In this document: piece by piece, positions 53,594 through 61,884 of the stretch
Position numbering within the stretch: position 1 is the stretch's first letter
How the letters are laid out: every line of letters begins with the position of its first letter
From: Nitrospirota bacterium
Lineage (GTDB): Bacteria; Nitrospirota; Thermodesulfovibrionia; Thermodesulfovibrionales; Dissulfurispiraceae
Direction of reading: 5' to 3'
NCBI GenBank assembly: GCA_963790025.1
Contig: CAWBMP010000004.1
Coordinates: forward strand, 1,664,001-1,728,000
Length of the DNA stretch: 64,000 nucleotides
Translations under genes and position numbers: made by a program
Notes under the pieces: generated by a model
Databases searched by the model: none
What the model was told of the DNA's origin: nothing
What the model saw: only the letters and a program-made list of their open reading frames with translations

Positions 53594-54130
53594 TTAAGTG
53601 GTTAAGTTCATTTTTTGTGAAACGAATTCGGAAACTTTTGTTATGACGTCTCCCGGAGACGTATTTTCTGTATCTATTATAAATTCGGGGTTCAGTGGCT
53701 CCTCGTACGGGGCCTGCACTCCGGGTACCGGCCAGCCGGCTTGGCCCTTTGCATAGATGCCTCTCGGCGCCCCGTGGGAATCTCTGCGGGACAATTCCCT
53801 TTCTGCACAAACATGGAGAGTGCATTTCAGATAAATCTCCATGAAGTTCGGGATAAGCTGCCGGGCCAGGTCCCGCCATATCCTCATATTTCCGGTTGCA
53901 TCGATTATTGCATGGTGGCCCAGTTTCGACAGTACCATTGCCATATAAACAATAGCGCGGTAGACAGTGTCTCTTTCGGTATCGGTATAAGAAGGTACAG
54001 GGGTGGCTATTTTCCTGAATTCATCCATCCGGAGAATAACGAAATCGGGAAAGCGCTCCGAGACGCCGTCTGCGATAGTACTCTTGCCGCTTCCGGGCAA
54101 GCCGGTAATCCAGATGACAAGACCGTCCAT
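53594..54130 (-). CDS. Adenylyl-sulfate kinase (CysC)-like protein
   Basis: VIWITGLPGSGKST, D..R, IY.K and PG...PYEEP.NP. Confidence 0.8.
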   Translation of the reverse strand: MDGLVIWITGLPGSGKSTIADGVSERFPDFVILRMDEFRKIATPVPSYTDTERDTVYRAIVYMAMVLSKLGHHAIIDATGNMRIWRDLARQLIPNFMEIYLKCTLHVCAERELSRRDSHGAPRGIYAKGQAGWPVPGVQAPYEEPLNPEFIIDTENTSPGDVITKVSEFVSQKMNLTT

Positions 54131-54169
54131 GGCTAAAGCATACCATAAGGACCGGCTTTGTTCTACACT

Positions 54170-54547
54170 TCAGTTTCTTTTCCTGGGCTGCTGCTCCGCC
54201 GTTTCCTGGCAATCCCGGCAGAGTAAAGCGAAAGGCATTACTTTCAGCCTTTCCACACTTATTTCATCCCCGCATTCTTCACAGTATCCGTAAATTCCTT
54301 CGTCGAGTCTTTTCAGCGCCAGTTCGATCTTCCTGATGCTTTCCAACTGGGTATCGAACTGCCTGCAACTCATATGCTCAAACTGATAAAAGACCGAGCA
54401 ATCGCCCTGCTCCTGCCCTGCGGCGATAGTCTGCCTGTTTTCATCCGACATGAATTTTTTCATTCCGTCCGCCGAACTCCTGATAATTTCCTCTCTTTTC
54501 TTATGCAGCATTCTTCTCAAGTTCTCCCTCGCTGACTGTTCCTGCAT
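54170..54547 (-). CDS. DksA/TraR C4 zinc-finger protein
   Basis: I..AL.RL.EG.YG.CEECG..I..ERL...P...LC..CQ. Confidence 0.9.
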   Translation of the reverse strand: MQEQSARENLRRMLHKKREEIIRSSADGMKKFMSDENRQTIAAGQEQGDCSVFYQFEHMSCRQFDTQLESIRKIELALKRLDEGIYGYCEECGDEISVERLKVMPFALLCRDCQETAEQQPRKRN

Positions 54548-54732
54548 AAATACCCCCCACATTATTTATCGATGTTTCATTTACACACTCGCAAATCGTC
54601 GACAAAGTCAAAAACAGACCGTTTTGTAAAAAGTTCAGAAGCAAGGCACCGAACACTCAACACGTTGCTCATGGAGGATTTGAGTGCTAGTCAGCATACA
54701 GACTTCATACGAAACCGTTATTAATCTGTTTT

Positions 54733-54787
54733 AATATACACCGGCACTATTAAAACACAGTTACAAGCATATTAAAAGTCTGTTACA
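54733..54787 (-). promoter_or_regulatory. Pho-box-like array of four hexamers (11-bp period) with a -10 box 10 nt downstream
   Basis: Minus strand TGTAAC-N5-TTTAAT-N5-TGTAAC-N5-TTTAAT-N10-TATATT. Confidence 0.65.
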
Positions 54788-54881
54788 AGAGATAACATCT
54801 TGAAATTTAGGTAATTTGTCTAGAAACAGGTGTCACGTTTTCAGCGCCACTGCTCAGATAATGAATGGCTTATACAGGAGT

Positions 54882-55667
54882 TTATATCTTTGGGCTGTAT
54901 TGACGCTTCAACCAGCGGCCCAGGCCGTCGAGGCCGGGAAAGAGAACCCTTTCGGTAATATTAGCCTGGTCAAGCTTGTCGCGAATCTCCCATTTCAGTT
55001 CCGCAGGAATAATGATCTTCCGCCAGATATCGGGATGGTTTTTCAGCCAGTTATTGAGCACATCGGTTGGATCGGACATTACAGAAAACAAAGCGAATTG
55101 GTTAACTATCCTGTCGTCAATGGACGGCGGTTCGAAAATTACCACAAAATCATATTCAGAAAGTTCGGCCAACTCCTTGAGTGAACTGACCGATTCAGAA
55201 AGCATTCCCACGGTGAATACATTGGCCCCTTCGAGTTCCAGTTTTTCCCTTAGTTTTTCAGGGAGCTCCAAATGCGCACTGACATAGTTGACAGCCCATA
55301 TAGCGCCGTCTATGTCGAACTTTTCAATATTCGACGTTGCAAAATGAAGTGCAATAAACGGGGAATATGTCCAGTCGAGAAGCCTTGTTGGCAACCCATA
55401 GTGCTGAGCGACCGAAAGCCAGTGCCACAGAGAGTCGCTTTCAACAACATCCCGATGGGCGTATTTTCTGAAATTCCTGAGAAGATGGTGTTCGAGCTCG
55501 ACAAATTTGCCGCGAAGTCGTATCAATGTTGTTTCGAGCCGGTAACCGGCATCAGAAAGACCGCGAAAGGCATATCTTGAGCGAAAGCGGCCAAGTTCAG
55601 GGTTCCAGGAGTCCTTAAATAATTGGTCCTGCAATTCACTCCAGGAAGTGACCCTTACCTCGTTCAT
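54882..55667 (-). CDS. FRG-domain protein
   Basis: AFRG, AQHYGLPTRLLDWTYSP..ALHFA, RI..Q..LF and LFPGLDG. ATG 55667 follows GGAGGAG. Confidence 0.92.
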   Translation of the reverse strand: MNEVRVTSWSELQDQLFKDSWNPELGRFRSRYAFRGLSDAGYRLETTLIRLRGKFVELEHHLLRNFRKYAHRDVVESDSLWHWLSVAQHYGLPTRLLDWTYSPFIALHFATSNIEKFDIDGAIWAVNYVSAHLELPEKLREKLELEGANVFTVGMLSESVSSLKELAELSEYDFVVIFEPPSIDDRIVNQFALFSVMSDPTDVLNNWLKNHPDIWRKIIIPAELKWEIRDKLDQANITERVLFPGLDGLGRWLKRQYSPKI

Positions 55668-55702
55668 TGCTATCTCCTCCGAAAAATTGCCGGTCAACTC
55701 TC

Positions 55703-58252
55703 TTAAGGTGTTTCAGTTATTTTTTCCCATAACGCAGTGAAGCGGTTGACCCGACGCTCGGCTTCTCTCAAGAATTCTATTTTGTCTTTTAATTCCTCCC
55801 TAAGAGCGTTGAGGTCCCGGATGAATGCATCAAAAATGTCTTTATAGGCTGAGTGGAATTTGAGCATTGATTCCGACATCGCTTGCTCCAGGCTATAAAG
55901 ATGCCTTGTTATATGCGATAAAAATTGATCGTGCATCTCCTCCATTTCACTGCGTGTAGCTTGATCAAGCCCCTTTCTTATGAAGAAAAGCGCTTTCTTC
56001 AGTTTTATTTCGTCAAAAGCTAAATCCCCTGTTTTCATATTGATGAAGCCAAAAGACAGCAGCAAAAGCACATATCCTAATGCGCCCCTTTTTTTAACCA
56101 GCCTCTCTTTGATAAGGGCCTGAGAGAAAATATCGTCAAGCTTGATCTTTACCCTGGAGAAGCAAAAACCGGTAAAATCACCGGGGACTTTCGGCAGAGA
56201 AATATCCCCTTCCTGCAGCCGGTAATCCCTGCCCAAATAAATATTAAGCTGGTCAATCTTCTCGTTCATCGCACGCCTGTATTCCTCCAGCCTGTTGTTT
56301 TTTTCTGACAACTCCCGTGTCAGTTTCCCTTTATACTTCCCCAGTACTGGCGCGTATAATTTCTCGATGATTGACTTGTCGACCGAGTAAACGATGCCCT
56401 CCGTTGCAGCGATCCTGCCGTCTTTCTGGAAAGACAGGAGTTCCGCCCCCGTTAATGACTTAAACATCTTTGATAATTCTTTTGTGCTGCCGTCGAGCTG
56501 CAAAGTCAGCACCTTGTAAAGGGATTTTTTAGCAAGCCCCAGATCTTTTGTAATATCTGCCAGTATTTGTTCCACGGAGATGCCTTGCCCGGATTCCGGC
56601 ATAACTGTATCAATAAAGTGTGTGATATCGTCGGCCATTTCTTCAAGCTCTCTATAGTCCTGCTCAAAGCGTCCGAGCAAATTATCGATAAACGCTTTTC
56701 TGAAATCCCGGATCTTCTTGTTCACAATGGTCATCTTGTGATTCAGGAGTTCAATCTGCGCCTTTTCAGCCGAAATATAATTTATATAACGCATGAGCTG
56801 TTCGATCCCGCTCCTGTCTTTAAGGTCCTGCAAAGTTGCAGCCTCATTACCGTGGAACCACCGCAGGTTTCTTATCTGGTTGTCGAGGAAGGAAAGCACT
56901 GTCATATCGTCTTTGCCCTGGTGCAGCAGCAGACAGTGGTCCAGTTGTTTTCTAAGCTCTTTCCCGTCAAAGGTATTCAGGCCTGCGCAGCCTTCAATTT
57001 GGGGCGCCTTCAATACGGCAAGGTACTGCAATGCTGATACGCCGAAAACCACGATGCCCTTGTATCCCAGTTCCCTGAGCCGCGATCTCAGAAAATCAAT
57101 GAATCGCAGGGCTGATTTCTTTTCTTCGCTCATATACATGAGGTCGAGTTTGTTGACGACGACTATAAAAGAATAGAATTTCTGGTCCTCTTCAAAAACC
57201 GTTTTTATATCTCTGAGAAACTCTTCCTCGGCGGTTGAGAGATATTTGGAATAGTCGATTATAAAGAGGATGACGTCCGCTTCCCGTATCCATTTGTAAG
57301 CTACTTCCTTGTGGCGGCTCCCGGCAAGATCAGGGCCGGTGGTGTCGATAATAGTATAGGGGAAGGCGCTGGTTTGTCTTGGCACATAACTGATATGCAT
57401 GTCGTCATAAGCGTAATCGAGCAGAGAGCCGTTATGCATATTCTTGAATTCTTTCAGGACATATTGTTTCAGCGAGGCAGGACTGTCGAACGAGGTAATC
57501 TCATTATTGTATAAAAGTGAAATCTTGCCGTTATCCGACTTTTTGTATATAGAAGTCGTAAACGTCGGAAGCTCAATGCTCGTAGGCGTGTAATCATCTC
57601 CGAGGAGACAATTTACAACAACGCTTTTCCCAGACTTTTTCAGGGCCATTACAGCCACTTTCAGGTCCTTCACCTGCATCTCGAGGAGCGAAGCCTCAAT
57701 ATCGGATAATATCAAGAAAATGGAATTTTTGTATTCCTTCAAGGAATCGGCAACGCGTGCGTGGTAAACAGAAGCCCTTGCTTCCTCGATAGAGCGCTTC
57801 AACTCTTCAAAGGTCTCCAAAAAACGTTCCATACCCCTGATTTCGACTTCTTCGCTTTGAAGCATCACTTCAATATTGATATCGAGGTAGAGCAGTCGCT
57901 GAATGACCTCACTGAGCAATTCCTTATCGCCGGTATCAAGGACAAACCGGTACTGTGACAGCCTGTCCTCCTCGAGGAAGCGGACAAGTTCACTGAATAG
58001 TTCCGGTCTTAAAAGAACGGCGTTCGTGGATTTGTCTCTCAGATAGGCCCGGCAGCCGAATGAAAGCTCTTTAGCAGCCCTTAAAGTGAGAATGGTTTTT
58101 CCGTCTAACCCCGCATTATCTATAAATTGGAAAAGTGGAACACTTCCGCCAATAATAATCTTCTTGTCTGAAAGGTCTGAAAGGAAAGGAAGGCCCCGCG
58201 CTGATGAACTATCGCGCGTAAAGAAGGCGCTATCGATTTTGACTACATCCAA
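55703..58252 (-). CDS. Bacterial dynamin-like GTPase with an N-terminal extension
   Basis: G1 ALKKSGKS, G2 LPT, G3 DTTG, G4 NKLD, a long helical stalk and the hydrophobic paddle-like GALGYVLLLLSFGF. Confidence 0.8.
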   Translation of the reverse strand: MDVVKIDSAFFTRDSSSARGLPFLSDLSDKKIIIGGSVPLFQFIDNAGLDGKTILTLRAAKELSFGCRAYLRDKSTNAVLLRPELFSELVRFLEEDRLSQYRFVLDTGDKELLSEVIQRLLYLDINIEVMLQSEEVEIRGMERFLETFEELKRSIEEARASVYHARVADSLKEYKNSIFLILSDIEASLLEMQVKDLKVAVMALKKSGKSVVVNCLLGDDYTPTSIELPTFTTSIYKKSDNGKISLLYNNEITSFDSPASLKQYVLKEFKNMHNGSLLDYAYDDMHISYVPRQTSAFPYTIIDTTGPDLAGSRHKEVAYKWIREADVILFIIDYSKYLSTAEEEFLRDIKTVFEEDQKFYSFIVVVNKLDLMYMSEEKKSALRFIDFLRSRLRELGYKGIVVFGVSALQYLAVLKAPQIEGCAGLNTFDGKELRKQLDHCLLLHQGKDDMTVLSFLDNQIRNLRWFHGNEAATLQDLKDRSGIEQLMRYINYISAEKAQIELLNHKMTIVNKKIRDFRKAFIDNLLGRFEQDYRELEEMADDITHFIDTVMPESGQGISVEQILADITKDLGLAKKSLYKVLTLQLDGSTKELSKMFKSLTGAELLSFQKDGRIAATEGIVYSVDKSIIEKLYAPVLGKYKGKLTRELSEKNNRLEEYRRAMNEKIDQLNIYLGRDYRLQEGDISLPKVPGDFTGFCFSRVKIKLDDIFSQALIKERLVKKRGALGYVLLLLSFGFINMKTGDLAFDEIKLKKALFFIRKGLDQATRSEMEEMHDQFLSHITRHLYSLEQAMSESMLKFHSAYKDIFDAFIRDLNALREELKDKIEFLREAERRVNRFTALWEKITETP

Positions 58253-58429
58253 GTTCCCCGTCCAAGGAGAAGTCCTCCCACGGCATCACCTATCAGGAGA
58301 AGAGCAGCCCGTCCGCAGCAGTGCATATTCAGCTTATCAGGTAAAAACATATTTTATGAATTTTAACCGAGATGGCGATTAAATACAAGGGCAGCTCTAC
58401 GTCTATTCCAAAGCAAATGCAATTTTTAC

Positions 58430-58458
58430 TTGACGATGTTTAGCGATCTTGTTAATAT
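58430..58458 (+). promoter_or_regulatory. Sigma70 promoter of the SWIB gene
   Basis: TTGACG-17-TAATAT. Confidence 0.6.
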
Positions 58459-58503
58459 CTCTTAGATGCATTAGCAACGATGCAAAAAACCAAGGAGGCA
58501 GGA

Positions 58504-58917
58504 ATGGCAACAAAGAAACCGGTTGCGAAAAAAGCGGCAACAAAAAAGACTACCGCAAAGAAAACAGTTTCAAAGAAACCGGCTGCAAAGAAGGCAGTCA
58601 CAAAGAAACCGGCTGCAAAGAAGGCAATTGCAAAGAAACCTGCTGCAAAAAAAACAAAGGCAAAGAGGGTACCTAATCCGGCTTTCATGAAGGCCATGAA
58701 TGTAAGCCCTGTTCTGGCCAGGGTAGTCGGAAGCAAGCCACTCCCGAGAACAGAGGTCGTCAAGAAATTGTGGGATTACATCAAGAAGAACAAGTTGCAG
58801 GACCCGGTCAATAAGAGGAACATAAATGCTGATGATAACCTCAGAGAGGTTTTCGGCGGCAGGGGCACTGTAACAATGTTCGAAATGACCAAGTTGGTTA
58901 ACAAGCATTTAAGCTAA
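58504..58917 (+). CDS. SWIB/MDM2-domain protein with a histone-H1-like Lys/Ala tail
   Basis: Ten KKxxx pentapeptides, then S..LA.VVG....RTEVVKKLWDYIKKN.LQDP.NKR.I..DD.L..VFG. Confidence 0.92.
   Translation: MATKKPVAKKAATKKTTAKKTVSKKPAAKKAVTKKPAAKKAIAKKPAAKKTKAKRVPNPAFMKAMNVSPVLARVVGSKPLPRTEVVKKLWDYIKKNKLQDPVNKRNINADDNLREVFGGRGTVTMFEMTKLVNKHLS
58511..58660 (+). repeat. Five 30-bp coding tandem repeats (CAAAGAAACCGGCTGCAAAGAAGGCAGT..)
   Basis: Units start at 58511, 58541, 58571, 58601 and 58631. Confidence 0.85.
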
Positions 58918-58936
58918 AAGAAATTCTGTAGCTTAG

Positions 58937-58984
58937 AATAAGAAAGGCAGTAGACAGGGGTACCTGTACTGCCTTTCTTATTTT
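58937..58984 (+). terminator. Intrinsic terminator after the SWIB gene
   Basis: AATAAGAAAGGCAGTA...TACTGCCTTTCTTATT-TT. Confidence 0.75.
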
Positions 58985-58997
58985 GCGGGAGGCAGAA

Positions 58998-59267
58998 ATG
59001 GAACAAGGACCTGTTGAACTACCTGTTGACGGCGTACTGGACCTGCACTGCTTTCAACCGTGCGATGTGAAAGATCTTCTTCCCCATTATCTGACCGTTT
59101 GCAGGGAGAAGGGCATTCTCCAGGTCCGCATAATTCACGGGAAGGGGAGCGGCGTCCTGAGGGAGAGTGTTCATGCTATTCTGAAACGTATCCCTGAAGT
59201 CGTTTCATTCTCTCTTGCCGGAGGCGATGCGGGCGGATGGGGCGCAACGATTGTGGTGCTGAGATGA
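58998..59267 (+). CDS. Stand-alone Smr/MutS2 domain protein
   Basis: LDLH, VRIIHGKG.GVLR and GG.GAT.V.L. Confidence 0.92.
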   Translation: MEQGPVELPVDGVLDLHCFQPCDVKDLLPHYLTVCREKGILQVRIIHGKGSGVLRESVHAILKRIPEVVSFSLAGGDAGGWGATIVVLR

Positions 59268-59319
59268 TTACAGTGACCAGGCTGCAGAAAAATGCGGCAG
59301 GATTGATGGAGATGCATGG

Positions 59320-61041
59320 ATGAAAAACCAGGAAATCGCGAGGATCTTCGATGAAATGGCAGACCTTCTTGAACTGAAGGGTGAGAACCCTTTCCGCATT
59401 AGGGCCTATCGCCGGGCGGCCCTGAATATAGGGGGGCTAACAAAAAATATCGAGGAGTTGCCTCATGAGGAGATTCTGAAGACCCCCGGGATCGGTCAGG
59501 ACCTTGCAGGCAAGATCGAGGAGTATATCAGGACGGGGATGATACGGGCTTATGAAGAGCTTAAACATGAAATGCCAGAGGGGTTGCCGGCACTCCTCAC
59601 CGTGCCCGGCCTTGGGCCGAAGACATCCAAATTACTTTACGAAAAATTAAAAATAAAAAACATCGATGAACTGGAAAAAATGGTTTTAGAGCATAAACTG
59701 GCAGGCCTGCCAGGCATAAGGGAAAAGACAGAAGATAATATATTAAAGGGGATAGAGATGCTAAAAAGGGGAAGAGATCGTCAGCCCCTTGGTAAGGTGC
59801 TTCCCATAGCAAATGATATCCTAGAGCATCTGAAGAAAAAAGCCCCTGTCGCTAAAATCGACCTTGCAGGGAGTTTAAGGAGATGGAAGGACACAATAAA
59901 AGATATCGATATTCTCGCAACATCAGTCAATCCGCAAGAAGTGATGAGGGTCTTTGTTCATCTCCCACATGTAAAAAATATACTTATGCAGGGCCCGACA
60001 AAATCCAGCGTAATAATTCATGAAGCCCTCCAGGTGGATTTAAGGGTTGTCGAAGAGGAATGTTACGGCGCCGCACTTGCATATTTCACCGGCAGCAAGG
60101 CGCACAACATAAGGCTCAGGGAAAGGGCCGCGAAGATGGGGTTAAAACTCAACGAGTACGGTATATTCCGTGAAAAAGACAATAAACGGATGGGAGGTAA
60201 AACGGAAAAGGAAGTTTACGCTATTTTAGGACTTCCATACATTCCTCCTGAGATAAGGGAAGACCAGGGTGAGATAGAGTCTGCCCTGGAGGGTAAGCTC
60301 CCGGAGCTTGTCGGTATAGGCGACCTCAAGGGTGACCTCCATGTCCATTCAAAATGGAGCGACGGGAGCCATACATTTGATCAGCTTGTCGAGGCTGCCC
60401 GAAAGCGCGGCTATACATATTTTGCACTGACCGATCATTCCAGGGGCCTCGCAGTGGCTAAGGGGCTGACAATGGAGAGGCTTATGGAGCAAAAGAAGGA
60501 GATTGATGAAATTAACAAAAGGCTCACGGGCTTCAGGATATTCCAGTCAACAGAAGTCGATATACGGAGCGACGGTACCCTTGATTTCACCGATGATATC
60601 CTGGAAAAGCTGGACCTTGTCGTAGCTTCCATTCATTCCGGCTTCAAACAGTCAAAAGAGCAACTCACCGGGCGAATGGTTGCGGCGATTAATAATCCTT
60701 ACGTCAGCATCATAGGGCACCCTTCGGGAAGGCTTATCGGAGAGAGAGACGCCTATGAACTTGATATGGAAAAAGTGCTGAAAGCCGCTGGAAAAACAGG
60801 CACTGCTTTTGAAATAAATTCCTATCCCCTACGCCTTGACCTCAATGACACATTCGCAAAAAGGGCGAAGGAGATGGGAATACCTATCGTAATAAGCACT
60901 GACACCCATACCATCGATCAATTTGATTTTATGAGTTACGGAGTTTCCATTGCGAGGAGGGCGTGGCTGGAAAAGAAGGACGTCGTCAATACCCTCGGAC
61001 CGGATATGCTTCTGAAAAAACTTAAGCCTCACAGGACCTAA
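59320..61041 (+). CDS. polX: DNA polymerase X / PHP exonuclease
   Basis: NPFRIRAY, GSLRR, DID and VDLR catalytic Asp, YFTGSK.HN; PHP HVHS.WSDG and TDHS. Confidence 0.95.
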   Translation: MKNQEIARIFDEMADLLELKGENPFRIRAYRRAALNIGGLTKNIEELPHEEILKTPGIGQDLAGKIEEYIRTGMIRAYEELKHEMPEGLPALLTVPGLGPKTSKLLYEKLKIKNIDELEKMVLEHKLAGLPGIREKTEDNILKGIEMLKRGRDRQPLGKVLPIANDILEHLKKKAPVAKIDLAGSLRRWKDTIKDIDILATSVNPQEVMRVFVHLPHVKNILMQGPTKSSVIIHEALQVDLRVVEEECYGAALAYFTGSKAHNIRLRERAAKMGLKLNEYGIFREKDNKRMGGKTEKEVYAILGLPYIPPEIREDQGEIESALEGKLPELVGIGDLKGDLHVHSKWSDGSHTFDQLVEAARKRGYTYFALTDHSRGLAVAKGLTMERLMEQKKEIDEINKRLTGFRIFQSTEVDIRSDGTLDFTDDILEKLDLVVASIHSGFKQSKEQLTGRMVAAINNPYVSIIGHPSGRLIGERDAYELDMEKVLKAAGKTGTAFEINSYPLRLDLNDTFAKRAKEMGIPIVISTDTHTIDQFDFMSYGVSIARRAWLEKKDVVNTLGPDMLLKKLKPHRT

Positions 61042-61430
61042 ACTATTTTTACCAGTACCCGCCTGTGCCTCGGTCCGTCGAACTCGCAAAAATAAACAGA
61101 CTGCCAGGTCCCAAGGAGAAGTTTGCCATCTTCAATTAAAACTATTTGCGCAATTCCTACAAGCGTAGACTTTATATGGGCAGCAGAGTTTCCCTCCATA
61201 TGCTGATAATCTCCCTCGAAAGGGATCATCCTGTTCAAAGCGGCAATAATATCCCTTTTCACCGCAGGATCAGCACCTTCATTGATGGTAACTCCGGCAG
61301 TTGTATGCGGAACGTATATGTGGCACACCCCATGCTGAATACCCGATTCCTTTATAAGCGACCGGATATCTTCGGTTATATCGATGAATTCCGTTTTGGA
61401 CTTGCTCCTGACGTTAAGTGCCTTAGACAT
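61038..61430 (-). CDS. yjbQ: YjbQ/UPF0047 family protein
   Basis: HTTAGVTINE.ADP.V, H.EGNS.AH and LGTWQ..YF.EFDGPR.R. Confidence 0.93.
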   Translation of the reverse strand: MSKALNVRSKSKTEFIDITEDIRSLIKESGIQHGVCHIYVPHTTAGVTINEGADPAVKRDIIAALNRMIPFEGDYQHMEGNSAAHIKSTLVGIAQIVLIEDGKLLLGTWQSVYFCEFDGPRHRRVLVKIV

Positions 61431-61884
61431 TGCACAGTTCCTCCCTGAGTTGTCTGACTGTTTTTTTTAGGACCGGATGCCATTTATCCGGTGCTATTTC
61501 AGAAAGCGGAAGAAGTACAAAGTCCCTCTGGTGAAGCAGCGGATGCGGAATGCAGAGGGACTTTTCTGTAAGAATACTATCATCATAAAAAAGAATGTCG
61601 AGATCAATGCAGCGGGGCCCCCAGGGGGTTGTTTCCAGCCTGCCCATTTTTTTCTCAATGTCTTTGAGTGCAGCCAGCAATCTTCCCGGCGGCAGGTCTG
61701 TTTCAGCCAATGCCGCCATGTTCATAAACAGCGGCTGGTTTTTAAGACCCCAGGGTTCGGTTTCATACAGCGAGGATTTTTTCGTCACCACAATGCCGCT
61801 GCCGGTCATAAGCTCGACAGCGCGCATGCAATTCGCCTTTTTGTCTCCCATATTCGAACCGATCCCAATATATACTGTGGCCAT
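61423..61884 (-). CDS. folK: 2-amino-4-hydroxy-6-hydroxymethyldihydropteridine pyrophosphokinase
   Basis: IGIGSNMGD, SSLYET.P, WGPR.IDLDIL and PHP....R.FVL.PL. Confidence 0.96.
   Translation of the reverse strand: MATVYIGIGSNMGDKKANCMRAVELMTGSGIVVTKKSSLYETEPWGLKNQPLFMNMAALAETDLPPGRLLAALKDIEKKMGRLETTPWGPRCIDLDILFYDDSILTEKSLCIPHPLLHQRDFVLLPLSEIAPDKWHPVLKKTVRQLREELCNV

Noticed and set aside
58253..58380. Fluoride or c-di-GMP riboswitch upstream of the dynamin gene
   Set aside because: Only a GGTGATG fragment is present; the pairing elements are missing.
58511..58660. CRISPR-like periodic repeats
   Set aside because: Contiguous 30-bp coding repeats with no unique spacers and no cas genes.
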